A stretch of 64,000 bases of DNA from an uncultured bacterium (GCA_964628055.1 CAZVNL010000008.1:4233-68232); one strand, 5' to 3'; shown: positions 1 through 10,575, counted from the first letter of the stretch. Numbers and translations: made by a program. The notes: a model not told the origin generated them from the sequence alone.

Positions 1-357
1 AGTGATGTAGTGTCCGTGGAGGAAGGAAAGGCGGTAGTCCCCATCCTTGAAGTATAGGGCCGGGCGCAAACCGGGGGGATTCTGGTCGGCAAAACAGAAC
101 ACGCATTTATTGGCGCATTGGCGGATCTTCGCGTCCCTGAGGGTGACCCCTAAGTCGTCGTCGGGGTCCTTGGTAATATGATACTCGTAGGCCACGCCCT
201 GCTTACGTACGGTGACGGTCACCGAGTCCCCCGTCACCTGGAAACGGTAGTCCAGGGCATCCCTCAGGCGCGTCCCATTGATCGCTTCGATGGTATCACC
301 GGGCTGCCATCCTAATTCCTGGGCAATACTACCCGCGGCGATGGATTGGATTTTCAT
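1..357 (-). CDS. DUF512-family PDZ-containing putative radical SAM protein, N-terminal part (runs off window edge)
   Basis: Not in the ORF track; I translated it from the ATG at 357: MKIQSIAAGSIAQELGWQPGDTIEAING...RQCANKCVFCFADQNPPGLRPALYFKDGDYRLSFLHGHYIT. It has a PDZ-like N-terminus, CxxxCxxC at residues 81-88, and the family-typical C-F..Q.P.G.R..LY.KD.DYRLSFL.G.YIT stretch. Confidence 0.88.
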   Translation of the reverse strand, partial: MKIQSIAAGSIAQELGWQPGDTIEAINGTRLRDALDYRFQVTGDSVTVTVRKQGVAYEYHITKDPDDDLGVTLRDAKIRQCANKCVFCFADQNPPGLRPALYFKDGDYRLSFLHGHYIT

Positions 358-904
358 GGGCGGGAATTTACTACTGGCGGGGCCAATAACCGGGGGCCTA
401 TCTATCTACCGCGCGGCCCCCCGTTGAATACACCGGAACCAACCCCCAGCAAACCAGTTACTAAAAGACTGGCCGGACCCACTTGTGAGGCAGGTCACTG
501 GTCGTTGGCACACATACAATTTTATGCTTATTTTCCCCCGGACTCTCAGGCGGGGGCCTTGACCAGGAGTTCTTTCTTGCAGGAAAATCCGCTCCGTGAA
601 TGCGGTCTCCGCCTGATTTTTTTATACAACCTTATGGGAACACTAAAGCCCTACATTGGGATTAAAATGGGATTGCATTTCAACCCGCTCTATTCTAAGC
701 ACGTGGTGGGTTCAAATAGTATGTGAGACCTTGTGAGATCCACCAATAAATACAGTAATTATTAACTCCCCCTAATCTTCCACTTTCCACCCCTTTTTAA
801 AACTGGTCTCCCCCAAATAGTCTCCCCATTCAGCGTTATTTCATCAAACTTCTGCCTATTTTATAAGCCAATTGTAATAACAAAATGTTCCTCTCACAAT
901 AGCC

Positions 905-941
905 AAACCCCGTCGATAAAACACTTTACCGACGGGGTTTT
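905..941 (-). terminator. Intrinsic terminator downstream of tRNA-Gly
   Basis: Minus strand reads AAACCCCGTCGGTAAA-GTGT-TTTATCGACGGGGTTT, a 16-bp stem with one G-U pair ending in a short U run, starting 8 nt past the tRNA 3' end. Confidence 0.75.
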
Positions 942-948
942 AGTCTTG

Positions 949-1020
949 AGCGGGCGAAGGGAATCGAACCCTCGTCACGAGCTTGGGAAGCTCGGGTAAT
1001 AACCATTATACGACGCCCGC
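949..1020 (-). tRNA. tRNA-Gly (anticodon CCC), CCA not encoded
   Basis: Sequence GCGGGCGTCGTATAATGGTTATTACCCGAGCTTCCCAAGCTCGTGACGAGGGTTCGATTCCCTTCGCCCGCT folds as a cloverleaf: 7-bp acceptor stem, anticodon stem CGAGC/GCTCG with loop TTCCCAA, T-loop TTCGATT, U discriminator. Confidence 0.97.
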
Positions 1021-1391
1021 AACGACCAGGTAATTTAACCCTTTCTACCAGCAAAATGGCCAGCTTTTCCCGCACTTTTAGTCACCAATCCAAACCCCCC
1101 TGCGGAAAGGATTTTACCGACGGGAAAGCGTCTTCTCCCAGCCCTTTTGGGTGGTTCGACTGCCCCCCTGGCAAGGCCCTTTTTAAAGCCGTCGTTTTTA
1201 AGCCCCTCCGCAGAACCTTTCCCCACCAGATATTTTCCGTCGAAGAGCCCTTTTAATCCATATTTATCCTTGCCGAAATTTCCCGCTGTGAATATATTGG
1301 GTCTGCCAACCAAGCCAATTATCACTTTTTCACTTGCCAACCTGATTTTTTCCAAACCGTATATCCACATGCCTAAATTGAGGGAGGCCAC

Positions 1392-3830
1392 ATGGCCGAA
1401 GCAATGGAGTTCAACTTCCCGTTACCCGAGACGGAACATCAGCCAACTGCACCTGCAATTGCACCCGAAATCGTTAAAAAGGTCCGGGAACTGCAACAGG
1501 AACAAGACGGTAAAGAGCGTCTTTCCATTCCCGCAAAGTATCGCTTAGACACCTATTATCAGGGCGACCGTCTGGGGGCCGATGTCTTAAAGAACAAGTA
1601 CCTGGCCCCCGGGGAGTCCCACCCCTGGGATATCTGGCAGCGCCAGGCCCAAGCCATTGCTTCGGTAGAGGCCACCGCCCAACTACGCCAGTTGTGGACC
1701 CAAAAATTCTTTTCCCTTTTAGAAGACTTTCGTTTCGTTCCCGGGGGCCGCATCATGCACGGCGCCGGCCGGGACGACATTACCACCACTCTCAATAACT
1801 GCTACGTGGTGGCCATTAAAGACGACTCCATCCAGGCCATCTACCAGGCCATCATCAACGAAGCCCTCACTTATAAATACGGCGGCGGCTGCGGCCATGA
1901 CCTGTCCATCCTGCGTCCAGCTGGAGAGCCCATCAACGGTACGGGAGGCGACTCCTGCGGACCTACCGGCTTCATGAACCTTTTCAGCGAAAACACCAAC
2001 ACCATCGCCCAACACGGCCGCCGGGGGGCCAATATGCAGACCCTCCGCGTGGATCACCCGGACATCGAAAAATTCATTGCCATCAAAACCGGCAATCTGG
2101 ACATGGTGAAATATTCCAACATTTCGGTGCTTCTTACCCACGCTTTCATGACTGCTGTGGAACAGGATCAAGACTTCGACTTGGTGTGGAACGGGAAGGT
2201 GTACAAGACGGTAAAAGCGCTCCGTTTATGGCAAAAGATCATCCACTACGCGCATCAGAGCGCCGAACCGGGAATCATTTTCTGGGACACCATGAAAGAC
2301 TACCACAACACCGAGTACTGCAGTCCCCTGGTTTCCACCAACCCCTGCGCCGAACAGCCGCTGCCCGACGGCGGCTGCTGCAACTTGGGAGCCGTGAACC
2401 TGGAACGCTTTGTGGGTGAAAAAGGCCATTTCTTGATCGACGAGTTCAAGGAAACGGTGGCCTGTGCCACGCGCTTTTTAGACAATGTGGTGGATTACAA
2501 CCTGGACCGCCACGCCCTCGAGGTGCAAAAAAACAACGCCACTGGCGACCGCCGCATCGGCCTGGGAATCATGGGCCTGGGGGACATGCTGGTGAAAATG
2601 GGCATCAAATACGATAGTGAGGACGCCCTGGAAACGGTGGACCAGATTATGAAGGTCTTCCGGGACACCGTCTACGAAACCAGCACCGACCTGGCCGTTG
2701 AAAAGGGCCCCTTTCCTAACTTCCAATGGAAGGGCTACAGCAAGAGTAAATTCATCAAGGGGCTACCCAAATACCTCAAGGAAAAGATCCAGGATCAGGG
2801 CATCCGCAACGCCACCCTCACCACCGTGGCCCCCACCGGGAGCAGCTCCATCGTGGCCCGGGTGACCTCCGGCATCGAACCCATCTTCGCCACCTCTTAC
2901 AAGCGCCGGGTAAAGCGCAACGAAGGCTACGGCCGCTCCTTTGACGAGTACACCGTGTACCACCCCATCGTAGAAAAACTCTTTAAAACCGACGCCAATC
3001 TACCCGACTACGTGGTCACCGCCCACGATATCGACCCCTACTTCCGCGTGCGTATGCAGGGCGTTGTCCAGAAATATATCGATAGCTCCATCTCCTCCAC
3101 GGTAAACCTCCCCCAGGACGTTTCCGAAGAAACGGTGGCCGATATTTACCTCACCGCTTACAAGGCGGGACTAAAAGGAATCACCGTCTACCGGGAGGGC
3201 TCCCGGGAAGGGATTCTCCTTACTGAACCCCAACCCGCCGCAAAACCAAAGACTTCGATGGCGCCGGAGACTGGCGATCAACCGGCCACCAGCCCAGCCC
3301 GGGGCACTAAGGCGCCCCGCTATCGTCCCGTCGTCACCAAGGGCATCACCCGGCGCATCCGCACCGGCGAAGGTTCCCTCTACATTACCATCAACGAGGA
3401 CGAGAACGGGCTCTGCGAAGTGTTCACCACCATCGGGAAGGCCGGGGGCAATGCCGCCGCCCAGTCCGAGGCCATCAGCCGCCTCATCTCCCTGGCCTTG
3501 CGTAGCGGCGTGAACCCCCAGGCTATCGTGAAACAGCTCAAGGGCATCAGCGGCCCCAACCCCACCTGGGAAGACGGCCGCCTCATCCTCTCCACCCCCG
3601 ACGCCATCGGCAAGGCCCTGGATGACTACCTCAACAACCGCTACAACGACGGCGAGGCGACCCACCAGGCCACACACTTTACCATCGCTACGGAAGCCGA
3701 GGAACAATCCGACCAGGTCACTGACTTTACCCTGAAAAATATTACCACCTGTCCCGACTGCGGCAGCACGGTCATCCACGAGTCTGGGTGTGTCACCTGC
3801 ACCACCTGCGGCTTCTCTAAATGCGATTAA
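1392..3830 (+). CDS. nrdJ: Adenosylcobalamin-dependent ribonucleotide reductase (class II) with C-terminal TSCPD-like domain and Zn ribbon
   Basis: FVPGGRI, NCYV, TNPCAEQ thiyl-radical motif, CCNLG, RRIGLGIMGL, APTGSSS, KGITVYREGSR and C-terminal CPDC...CVTCTTCGFSKC. GGGAGG SD precedes the ATG. No ATP-cone or intein is evident. Confidence 0.95.
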   Translation: MAEAMEFNFPLPETEHQPTAPAIAPEIVKKVRELQQEQDGKERLSIPAKYRLDTYYQGDRLGADVLKNKYLAPGESHPWDIWQRQAQAIASVEATAQLRQLWTQKFFSLLEDFRFVPGGRIMHGAGRDDITTTLNNCYVVAIKDDSIQAIYQAIINEALTYKYGGGCGHDLSILRPAGEPINGTGGDSCGPTGFMNLFSENTNTIAQHGRRGANMQTLRVDHPDIEKFIAIKTGNLDMVKYSNISVLLTHAFMTAVEQDQDFDLVWNGKVYKTVKALRLWQKIIHYAHQSAEPGIIFWDTMKDYHNTEYCSPLVSTNPCAEQPLPDGGCCNLGAVNLERFVGEKGHFLIDEFKETVACATRFLDNVVDYNLDRHALEVQKNNATGDRRIGLGIMGLGDMLVKMGIKYDSEDALETVDQIMKVFRDTVYETSTDLAVEKGPFPNFQWKGYSKSKFIKGLPKYLKEKIQDQGIRNATLTTVAPTGSSSIVARVTSGIEPIFATSYKRRVKRNEGYGRSFDEYTVYHPIVEKLFKTDANLPDYVVTAHDIDPYFRVRMQGVVQKYIDSSISSTVNLPQDVSEETVADIYLTAYKAGLKGITVYREGSREGILLTEPQPAAKPKTSMAPETGDQPATSPARGTKAPRYRPVVTKGITRRIRTGEGSLYITINEDENGLCEVFTTIGKAGGNAAAQSEAISRLISLALRSGVNPQAIVKQLKGISGPNPTWEDGRLILSTPDAIGKALDDYLNNRYNDGEATHQATHFTIATEAEEQSDQVTDFTLKNITTCPDCGSTVIHESGCVTCTTCGFSKCD

Positions 3831-3846
3831 ACCGGTAATCGCTAAT

Positions 3847-3875
3847 AAAAAAGCCCCAACTGAGGGGCTTTTTTT
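3847..3875. terminator. Bidirectional intrinsic terminator between convergent nrdJ and frr
   Basis: AAAAAAGCCCC-AACTGA-GGGGCTTTTTTT: GC stem flanked by A and T runs on both sides. Confidence 0.9.
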
Positions 3876-3924
3876 AAACTAAATCTGGCACTACCGGTAA
3901 TTATAGACCAAAAAACCACAAATG

Positions 3925-3940
3925 GACCAGTTTCCTGGTC
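3925..3940 (-). terminator. Short GNRA hairpin downstream of frr
   Basis: Minus strand GACCAG-GAAA-CTGGTC, followed by a T-rich tract, 20 nt after the frr stop. Confidence 0.4.
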
Positions 3941-3960
3941 ATAACCCCACCAAAAAGACG

Positions 3961-4518
3961 TTAAAACTCCATAATTTCTTTTTCTTTCAGCTCCAAGAGG
4001 GTATTTAACTTTTCAATATGTTCATCGGTGAGGGTTTGTACCTCCTGTTCAGAGCGCTTGACCTCGTCTTCAGAAATATGGCCCTCACTCAACAGGTTCT
4101 TTAAATTCTGGTTGGCATCCCGACGCACGTTGCGGATGGCGATGCGCCCCTCTTCCACCTGGTGGTGGACGATTTTAATGAGTTCCTTCCGCCGCTCTTC
4201 CGACAGGGGTGGAATAGGCAGTAAAATCACGTCCCCGTTATTGTTAGGAGTGAGACCTAAGTTGCTATCAATAATGGCCTTTTCCATCTCGCGGAGCACC
4301 GTTTTATCAAAGGGCTGAATAGTGATGAGGCGCGCTTCGGGAACGGAAATGTTGGCCAGTTGATACAGGGGCGTCTCGGTGCCGTAATAGGAAATGGTCA
4401 GGGAATGCAACAGTTCCGGGTTGGCCCGGCCGGTACGAATCTTGGCCAGCTCCTGGCGCGTGTGCTCCACGGTCTGATCCATGCGGTGGTTGGCGTTGTC
4501 AAGGATATCCTTGATCAT
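3961..4518 (-). CDS. frr: Ribosome recycling factor
   Basis: IRTGRANP, IPPLSEERRKEL and RIAIRNVRRDAN motifs; follows pyrH. Confidence 0.98.
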   Translation of the reverse strand: MIKDILDNANHRMDQTVEHTRQELAKIRTGRANPELLHSLTISYYGTETPLYQLANISVPEARLITIQPFDKTVLREMEKAIIDSNLGLTPNNNGDVILLPIPPLSEERRKELIKIVHHQVEEGRIAIRNVRRDANQNLKNLLSEGHISEDEVKRSEQEVQTLTDEHIEKLNTLLELKEKEIMEF

Positions 4519-4522
4519 GACT

Positions 4523-5868
<1,346 letters not shown>

Positions 5869-5871
5869 ACA

Positions 5872-6789
5872 CTAAGTTGCCTCCTGTTTCACCGGGTCTT
5901 GCTCCAGTTCTTCAGCTGGCAAATTTTCCACACTATCGAGCGCCGGGGACTCTACCACTTCTTCAGTAGCCTCGGCCACCGTCTCCGGGGTCCCTTCGTC
6001 CGGAGTCACCTCAGTCACCGCGGCCTCTTCACGCACCACGGGCGCCTCGGAGGGTTTCTCCTGGTTGGGCTCCATCTTCATAGGCTCTTCCGTAGGCTTC
6101 TCTTCGGTCCCCTTATTCAACGCTTCCAAAATGGCCGTGGTAAGGGCGGAAATGATGAGCTGAATGGTGCGGATGGAATCGTCGTTGGCCGGGATGGGAT
6201 AGGTGATGGGCGTGGGATCGGTGTTGCTGTCCACAATGGCAATGATGGGAATTTCCAGGCTGCTGGCCTCTTTCACGGCCGTGGCCTCATAGTGGGCGTC
6301 CACCACTACCACCACATCGGGCAGACGCTTCATGTCCTTGATACCCCGGTGCTGGTCGGCCAACTTGATGCGCTCCCGATTTAGTTTCTGAATTTCCTTC
6401 TTGGTGAGATCCTCGTATATCTTGGAGCCCTCCTTCTCCAGCATCTGTAAACGCTTGATACTCTTCTTAATGGTACTGAAATTAGTGAGCGTGCCCCCCA
6501 ACCAGCGCTCCACCACATAAAACATACCGCAGCGGTCGGCTTCCTGCTGGATGATGTCCTGGGCCTGCTTCTTGGTGCCCACGAAGAGGATTTCACCGTG
6601 GTTGCGGACGGTCTCCTTGATAAAGGCCACGGCTTTTTCCAGGCCCTGGAGGGTGGTGTCTAAATTAATGATGTGGATACCGTTTTTTTCCATGAGAATA
6701 TAGGGGGCGAAGTTGGGGTGCCAGTTCCGCGTCACGTGCCCGAAGTGAGCCCCTGTTCCTAGGAGATTGTCAAAGTTAACGGTAGACAT
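5872..6789 (-). CDS. rpsB: 30S ribosomal protein S2 with acidic C-terminal extension
   Basis: GAHFGH, ILFVGTKKQA, RWLGGTLTNF and PIPANDDSIR motifs; Glu-rich tail. Confidence 0.98.
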   Translation of the reverse strand: MSTVNFDNLLGTGAHFGHVTRNWHPNFAPYILMEKNGIHIINLDTTLQGLEKAVAFIKETVRNHGEILFVGTKKQAQDIIQQEADRCGMFYVVERWLGGTLTNFSTIKKSIKRLQMLEKEGSKIYEDLTKKEIQKLNRERIKLADQHRGIKDMKRLPDVVVVVDAHYEATAVKEASSLEIPIIAIVDSNTDPTPITYPIPANDDSIRTIQLIISALTTAILEALNKGTEEKPTEEPMKMEPNQEKPSEAPVVREEAAVTEVTPDEGTPETVAEATEEVVESPALDSVENLPAEELEQDPVKQEAT

Positions 6790-6794
6790 CGTCG

Positions 6795-7184
6795 TTAACG
6801 CTTAGAAAATTGGAACCGCTTTCGGGCACCGGGCTGGCCGTACTTTTTCCGCTCCACTCGCCGAGCATCGCGGGTTAAAAAACCACCCGCTTTCAATGGC
6901 GGACGAAACTCCTGGTTCAGGGCAACCAGTGCACGGGCAATACCCAGGCGGATGGCTCCTGCCTGACCGGATAAGCCGCCCCCCCGGACGCGTATCCGAA
7001 TGTCGTAACTTTCCAACCCCTCTACGGCCACTAAGGGCTGGGTGACTAAATGGGCCAGGGTCTTGCGCCGCAGGTAAGTCTCAAACGGTTGTCCGTTGAT
7101 TCTAATAGATCCCTGACCGGCTGTCAAGTACACCCGCGCTACGGATGCCTTCCGACGACCTACCCCGTGATAGGTAGGACTCAT
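6795..7184 (-). CDS. rpsI: 30S ribosomal protein S9
   Basis: [29 protein letters not shown] and [17 protein letters not shown] motifs. Confidence 0.99.
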   Translation of the reverse strand: MSPTYHGVGRRKASVARVYLTAGQGSIRINGQPFETYLRRKTLAHLVTQPLVAVEGLESYDIRIRVRGGGLSGQAGAIRLGIARALVALNQEFRPPLKAGGFLTRDARRVERKKYGQPGARKRFQFSKR

Positions 7185-7613
7185 CTAAAAAGTCAACTCC
7201 TGGGGATTCTGCGCAGCATGGGGATGCTCGCAACCGGCATACACTTTCAAATGCTTCAACATTCGGCGTCCCAGACGATTATGGGGTAACATTCCCTTCA
7301 CCGCCGAGATGATGACCTGCTCCGGCTTGGTGCGCCGCAAGTGATGGAGGTCCACTACCGTGGTCCCACCGGGATAACCGGAATGGCGGAAATAAGTCTT
7401 CTGCTTCTCCTTGTTCCCGGAGACGCGAATCTTTTCCGCATTGATCACCACTACGCAATCCCCCATATCCAAAAAGGGGGTGAACGTGGGCTTGTGCTTG
7501 CCCCGGAGAAGCCTGGCGATTTCGCTGGCGAAGCGCCCCAGGGTCTTTCCCTGGGCGTCGGCCAGGTACCAACGCTTTTCGATCTGGGCTACGGTTAATA
7601 CTTTTGTCTTCAT
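7185..7613 (-). CDS. rplM: 50S ribosomal protein L13
   Basis: [40 protein letters not shown] and HPHAAQNP motifs. Confidence 0.99.
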   Translation of the reverse strand: MKTKVLTVAQIEKRWYLADAQGKTLGRFASEIARLLRGKHKPTFTPFLDMGDCVVVINAEKIRVSGNKEKQKTYFRHSGYPGGTTVVDLHHLRRTKPEQVIISAVKGMLPHNRLGRRMLKHLKVYAGCEHPHAAQNPQELTF

Positions 7614-7655
7614 TTTCGTTTCGATTAAAGCCGTGGAATGTAGACGCTTGGAAAT

Positions 7656-7679
7656 ATGTGAATCAATATCTATTCACAT
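7656..7679. promoter_or_regulatory. Perfect inverted repeat in the rplM promoter region (candidate operator)
   Basis: ATGTGAAT-CAATATCT-ATTCACAT: 8-bp arms, 8-bp spacer. It overlaps a possible -35 (TTGATT on the minus strand) about 18 nt from TACATT. Confidence 0.4.
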
Positions 7680-7703
7680 TAAAAATTATGTTTTTTCTAC
7701 AGA

Positions 7704-9005
7704 CTAGGCCCCGACTATCTCCGCCAACCACCCCTTTACCAGGGTATAGACGGGCCGGCCCCGCAGGGTATGGCCGATAAAGGGGGAGTTTTGTGACCGG
7801 GAGTGAATATCGTCCCTACGAAAAACCCACTCTTTCTCCGGGTCCAGGACCACCAGTTCCACTGGCTGACCTACCCGTAAAAGGTCCGCCTCCAGCCCCA
7901 TGATTTTTCGGGGCGCTACCGCTAAAAGAGTTACTAGGTCCATCAAAGTTAGCTGGCCCTCCTGGCCCAGGACTTTATTTACTACCCCGAAACAGCTCTC
8001 TAACCCGATCATTCCAAAGGTCGCCTGATCGAAGGTGGTTTCCTTGTCTTCGATGGTATGGGGAGCGTGGTCCGTGGCCAGGCAGTCTATAACCCCTGCA
8101 CGTACCGCCTGGATCAAGGCCTTCCGGTGGGCTTCACTCCTGATGGGCGGGGCCACCTTCAAATTGGTATCGTAAGTTTGCAAGGCCGTATCGTTGAAAT
8201 AGAGGTGGTGGGGGGTGACTTCGGCGGTAACGGGGACACCCTGGGCTTTATAGTTACCGATGAGCTCCACGGCCCCTGCCGCGGTCACGTGGGGCACATG
8301 GAGCCGCGCCTGGCACAGTCGGCTCAGTTCCAGATCCCGGTAAATCATGGTGGTTTCAGCCTGGACGGGGTTGCCGGGTAAACCTAACCGGGTAGCCACG
8401 GGCCCTTCGTTCATGACCCCACTGTCCCTAAGGCAAGGATCCTCGGCATGGTTGATGATGGGTACACCGTACATGGAGGCGTATTCCAAGGCCCGACGCA
8501 TGACCTGTCCTCGTGTTAGGGGCACGCCATCATCGCTGAAGGCTATGGCTCCTTCGGCAACCATGGCCCCCATTTCAGTAAGTTCCACACCCTCCTGTCC
8601 CTTGGTGATGGCCCCCACGGGATGGATGTAAATAGGGCTGGTACTGCCCTTTTCCACCACGTAGCGGATAGCTTCCGGCGTATCCAAGGGCGGGGTGGTG
8701 TTGGGCATGACGCATACCCGCGTGAAGCCTCCCCCCAGGGCGGCCTGGGAGCCGGTTTCTAAAGTTTCCTGGTCCTCCCGCCCCGGTTCCCGGAAATGGG
8801 CGTGGAGGTCACAAAATCCCGGGGCGATAACGAGCCCCTGGCAATCAATGCTGGTGACATTATCAGCCACCAGGGAGCCCTTAAGGGAACGAATCTTACC
8901 GTTTACAATCAAGACCTCCCCGGGATAAGTCTTCCGGCGATAGGGATCGTAAAGGGTTCCCCCGGTTAATACTACTTTGCGCGGCAGCCGTTTCAAGGAC
9001 ATCAT
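7704..9005 (-). CDS. pyrC: Dihydroorotase (type I)
   Basis: DLHAHFREPG, MPNTTP, EVTPHHL, KVAPPIR and ATDHAPH motifs; follows pyrB. Confidence 0.95.
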   Translation of the reverse strand: MMSLKRLPRKVVLTGGTLYDPYRRKTYPGEVLIVNGKIRSLKGSLVADNVTSIDCQGLVIAPGFCDLHAHFREPGREDQETLETGSQAALGGGFTRVCVMPNTTPPLDTPEAIRYVVEKGSTSPIYIHPVGAITKGQEGVELTEMGAMVAEGAIAFSDDGVPLTRGQVMRRALEYASMYGVPIINHAEDPCLRDSGVMNEGPVATRLGLPGNPVQAETTMIYRDLELSRLCQARLHVPHVTAAGAVELIGNYKAQGVPVTAEVTPHHLYFNDTALQTYDTNLKVAPPIRSEAHRKALIQAVRAGVIDCLATDHAPHTIEDKETTFDQATFGMIGLESCFGVVNKVLGQEGQLTLMDLVTLLAVAPRKIMGLEADLLRVGQPVELVVLDPEKEWVFRRDDIHSRSQNSPFIGHTLRGRPVYTLVKGWLAEIVGA

Positions 9006-9012
9006 ACGCTGC

Positions 9013-9936
9013 TCAGGTTCCTTTACCGCCCAGTAAGAGATATAAAATGGCCATTCGCACGGCCACCCCGTTTAACACCTGGTCTAAAATAATGGCCTGG
9101 TCGCTGTCGGCCACGGCGCTGTCGATTTCCACGCCGCGGTTCATGGGACCGGGGTGCATGATGACGATTGGTTTGGCCTGGAGCCGAAGGCGTTCCACAG
9201 TGAGTCCGAAGAGGTGGCGGTATTCCCGTATGGAAGGAAACTGCCCTACCCCCATGCGCTCCCGCTGAATCCGCAGCACGTTCAAGGCGTCGGCCCACTC
9301 TATGACCGCGTCTAAATCGTAGTTTACCGTGACCCCCAGGGTAGTGATATCCGGGGGCATGAGGGTGGGGGGCCCGCACACGGTAACCTGGGCCCCCATG
9401 CTCACCAGGCCGTAGATATTACTCAGCGCCACGCGGCTGTGGGCGATATCGCCAACGATGCCCACTTTAAGCCCGGCGACTTGCCCAAAAACCTCCTCTA
9501 AACTCATCATATCCAAAAGGGCCTGGGTGGGATGTTCGTGGGTCCCGTCACCGGCGTTGATGACCACCGCATCGATATACTGGGTGAGTTGCCAGGGCGC
9601 TCCGGGGGCGGGATGGCGCATGACCACGGCGTCGATCTTCATGGCTGCGATGTTCTGGGCCGTATCTTTGAAACTCTCCCCCTTGGTTAAACTACTGGTA
9701 GCAGCGGAAAAATTCACTGTGTCGGCGCTGAGGCGCTTCTGGGCCAGCTCGAAACTGATGCGGGTACGCGTGGAACTTTCGAAAAAGAGGTTCACCACCG
9801 TCTTCCCCTGCAAAGACGGCACGCGCTTAATGGGGCGCTCTAAAACTTCCCGAAAGCGAAAAGCCGTGGCGATGATCTGTTGAATGTCCTGGGGGGGGTA
9901 GTCGGCTAAACCTAAAAGGTGTTTCTGCTGGAGCAT
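9013..9936 (-). CDS. pyrB: Aspartate carbamoyltransferase catalytic subunit
   Basis: FFESSTRTRISF, NAGDGTHEHPTQALLD, LRIQRER and HPGPMNRGVEI motifs. Confidence 0.98.
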   Translation of the reverse strand: MLQQKHLLGLADYPPQDIQQIIATAFRFREVLERPIKRVPSLQGKTVVNLFFESSTRTRISFELAQKRLSADTVNFSAATSSLTKGESFKDTAQNIAAMKIDAVVMRHPAPGAPWQLTQYIDAVVINAGDGTHEHPTQALLDMMSLEEVFGQVAGLKVGIVGDIAHSRVALSNIYGLVSMGAQVTVCGPPTLMPPDITTLGVTVNYDLDAVIEWADALNVLRIQRERMGVGQFPSIREYRHLFGLTVERLRLQAKPIVIMHPGPMNRGVEIDSAVADSDQAIILDQVLNGVAVRMAILYLLLGGKGT

Positions 9937-10490
9937 TACTCTTCCCCGGTAAATGAAACCAGATAGACGCCCTCCGCGTCATCGGTCTCTTGCAGGTTTA
10001 CGTGGACGTGCTCTCCTTCGTGGGTGGGAATATTTTTGCCTACGTAGTCGGCCTTTATGGGCATTTCCCGGTGCCCCCGGTCCACCAGGACGGCCAGTTG
10101 CACGGCCGCTGGACGCCCGAAAGTGAGCAGAGTATCAATAGCCGCGCGCACGGTACGCCCTGTATACAACACGTCATCCACCAATATAATCGTCCGGCCA
10201 TCGATGGTGGCCGGGAGATCAGTCCCCTTAACCTGAGGGACCACCAGGCGTTCCCGGAAATCATCCCGGTGAAAGGTGATGTTCACCGCACCCAGGGGAA
10301 CTTCCACCCCCGATAAACTTTTAAGACGTCTTTGAATCCGCCGAGCCAGGGGCGCCCCCCGGGTCTGAATCCCCACTAACACCGCTCGGTCCATGGCCGT
10401 ACTGCGCTCCCAGATCTCGTGGGCCATGCGGGTGATGGAACGCTTGATGGCCCCGGCATCTAAAACTAAAATGCGGTGGGGCTTAGACAT
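9936..10490 (-). CDS. pyrR: Pyrimidine operon attenuation protein / uracil phosphoribosyltransferase
   Basis: GIQTRGAPLA, ITFHRDD, LVDDVLYTGRTVRAA and DRGHREMPIKADYVGKN motifs. Confidence 0.97.
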   Translation of the reverse strand: MSKPHRILVLDAGAIKRSITRMAHEIWERSTAMDRAVLVGIQTRGAPLARRIQRRLKSLSGVEVPLGAVNITFHRDDFRERLVVPQVKGTDLPATIDGRTIILVDDVLYTGRTVRAAIDTLLTFGRPAAVQLAVLVDRGHREMPIKADYVGKNIPTHEGEHVHVNLQETDDAEGVYLVSFTGEE

Positions 10491-10512
10491 GGGTAATAAT
10501 AAAATAAATCAC

Positions 10513-10550
10513 AAAAAACCTCCCCGGGATACGGTTTTTCCGCAGGAGGT
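10513..10550 (-). terminator. Attenuator terminator in the pyrR leader
   Basis: Minus strand ACCTCCT-GCGG-AAAAA-CCGT-ATCCCG-GGGAGGT followed by a T run, just upstream of the pyrR ATG. Confidence 0.7.
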
Positions 10551-10575
10551 GTAGCTATTGTGTTGTTCATGGCGA

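Noticed and set aside
371-400. Partial resemblance to a ZTP riboswitch (ACTGGCG...ACCGGGGGC), and CTCTCAGG at 543-550 resembling a glycine riboswitch end
   Set aside because: The P1/P2 stems and other conserved elements are missing, and there is no same-strand gene downstream to regulate.
346-726. 126-aa + strand ORF in the ORF track
   Set aside because: It overlaps the start of the real minus-strand DUF512 gene, has no recognisable motifs, and crosses hairpin-rich intergenic DNA.
949-1020. tRNA-Gly as the attachment site of an integrated element
   Set aside because: I saw no duplicated tRNA 3' end and no adjacent integrase or cargo genes in the window.
1141-1256. GCCCTTTT recurring at 1141, 1176 and 1247 (possible ~35-bp periodicity or mini-CRISPR)
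   Set aside because: Only about 8 bp is shared, the third expected copy is absent, and there are no cas genes.
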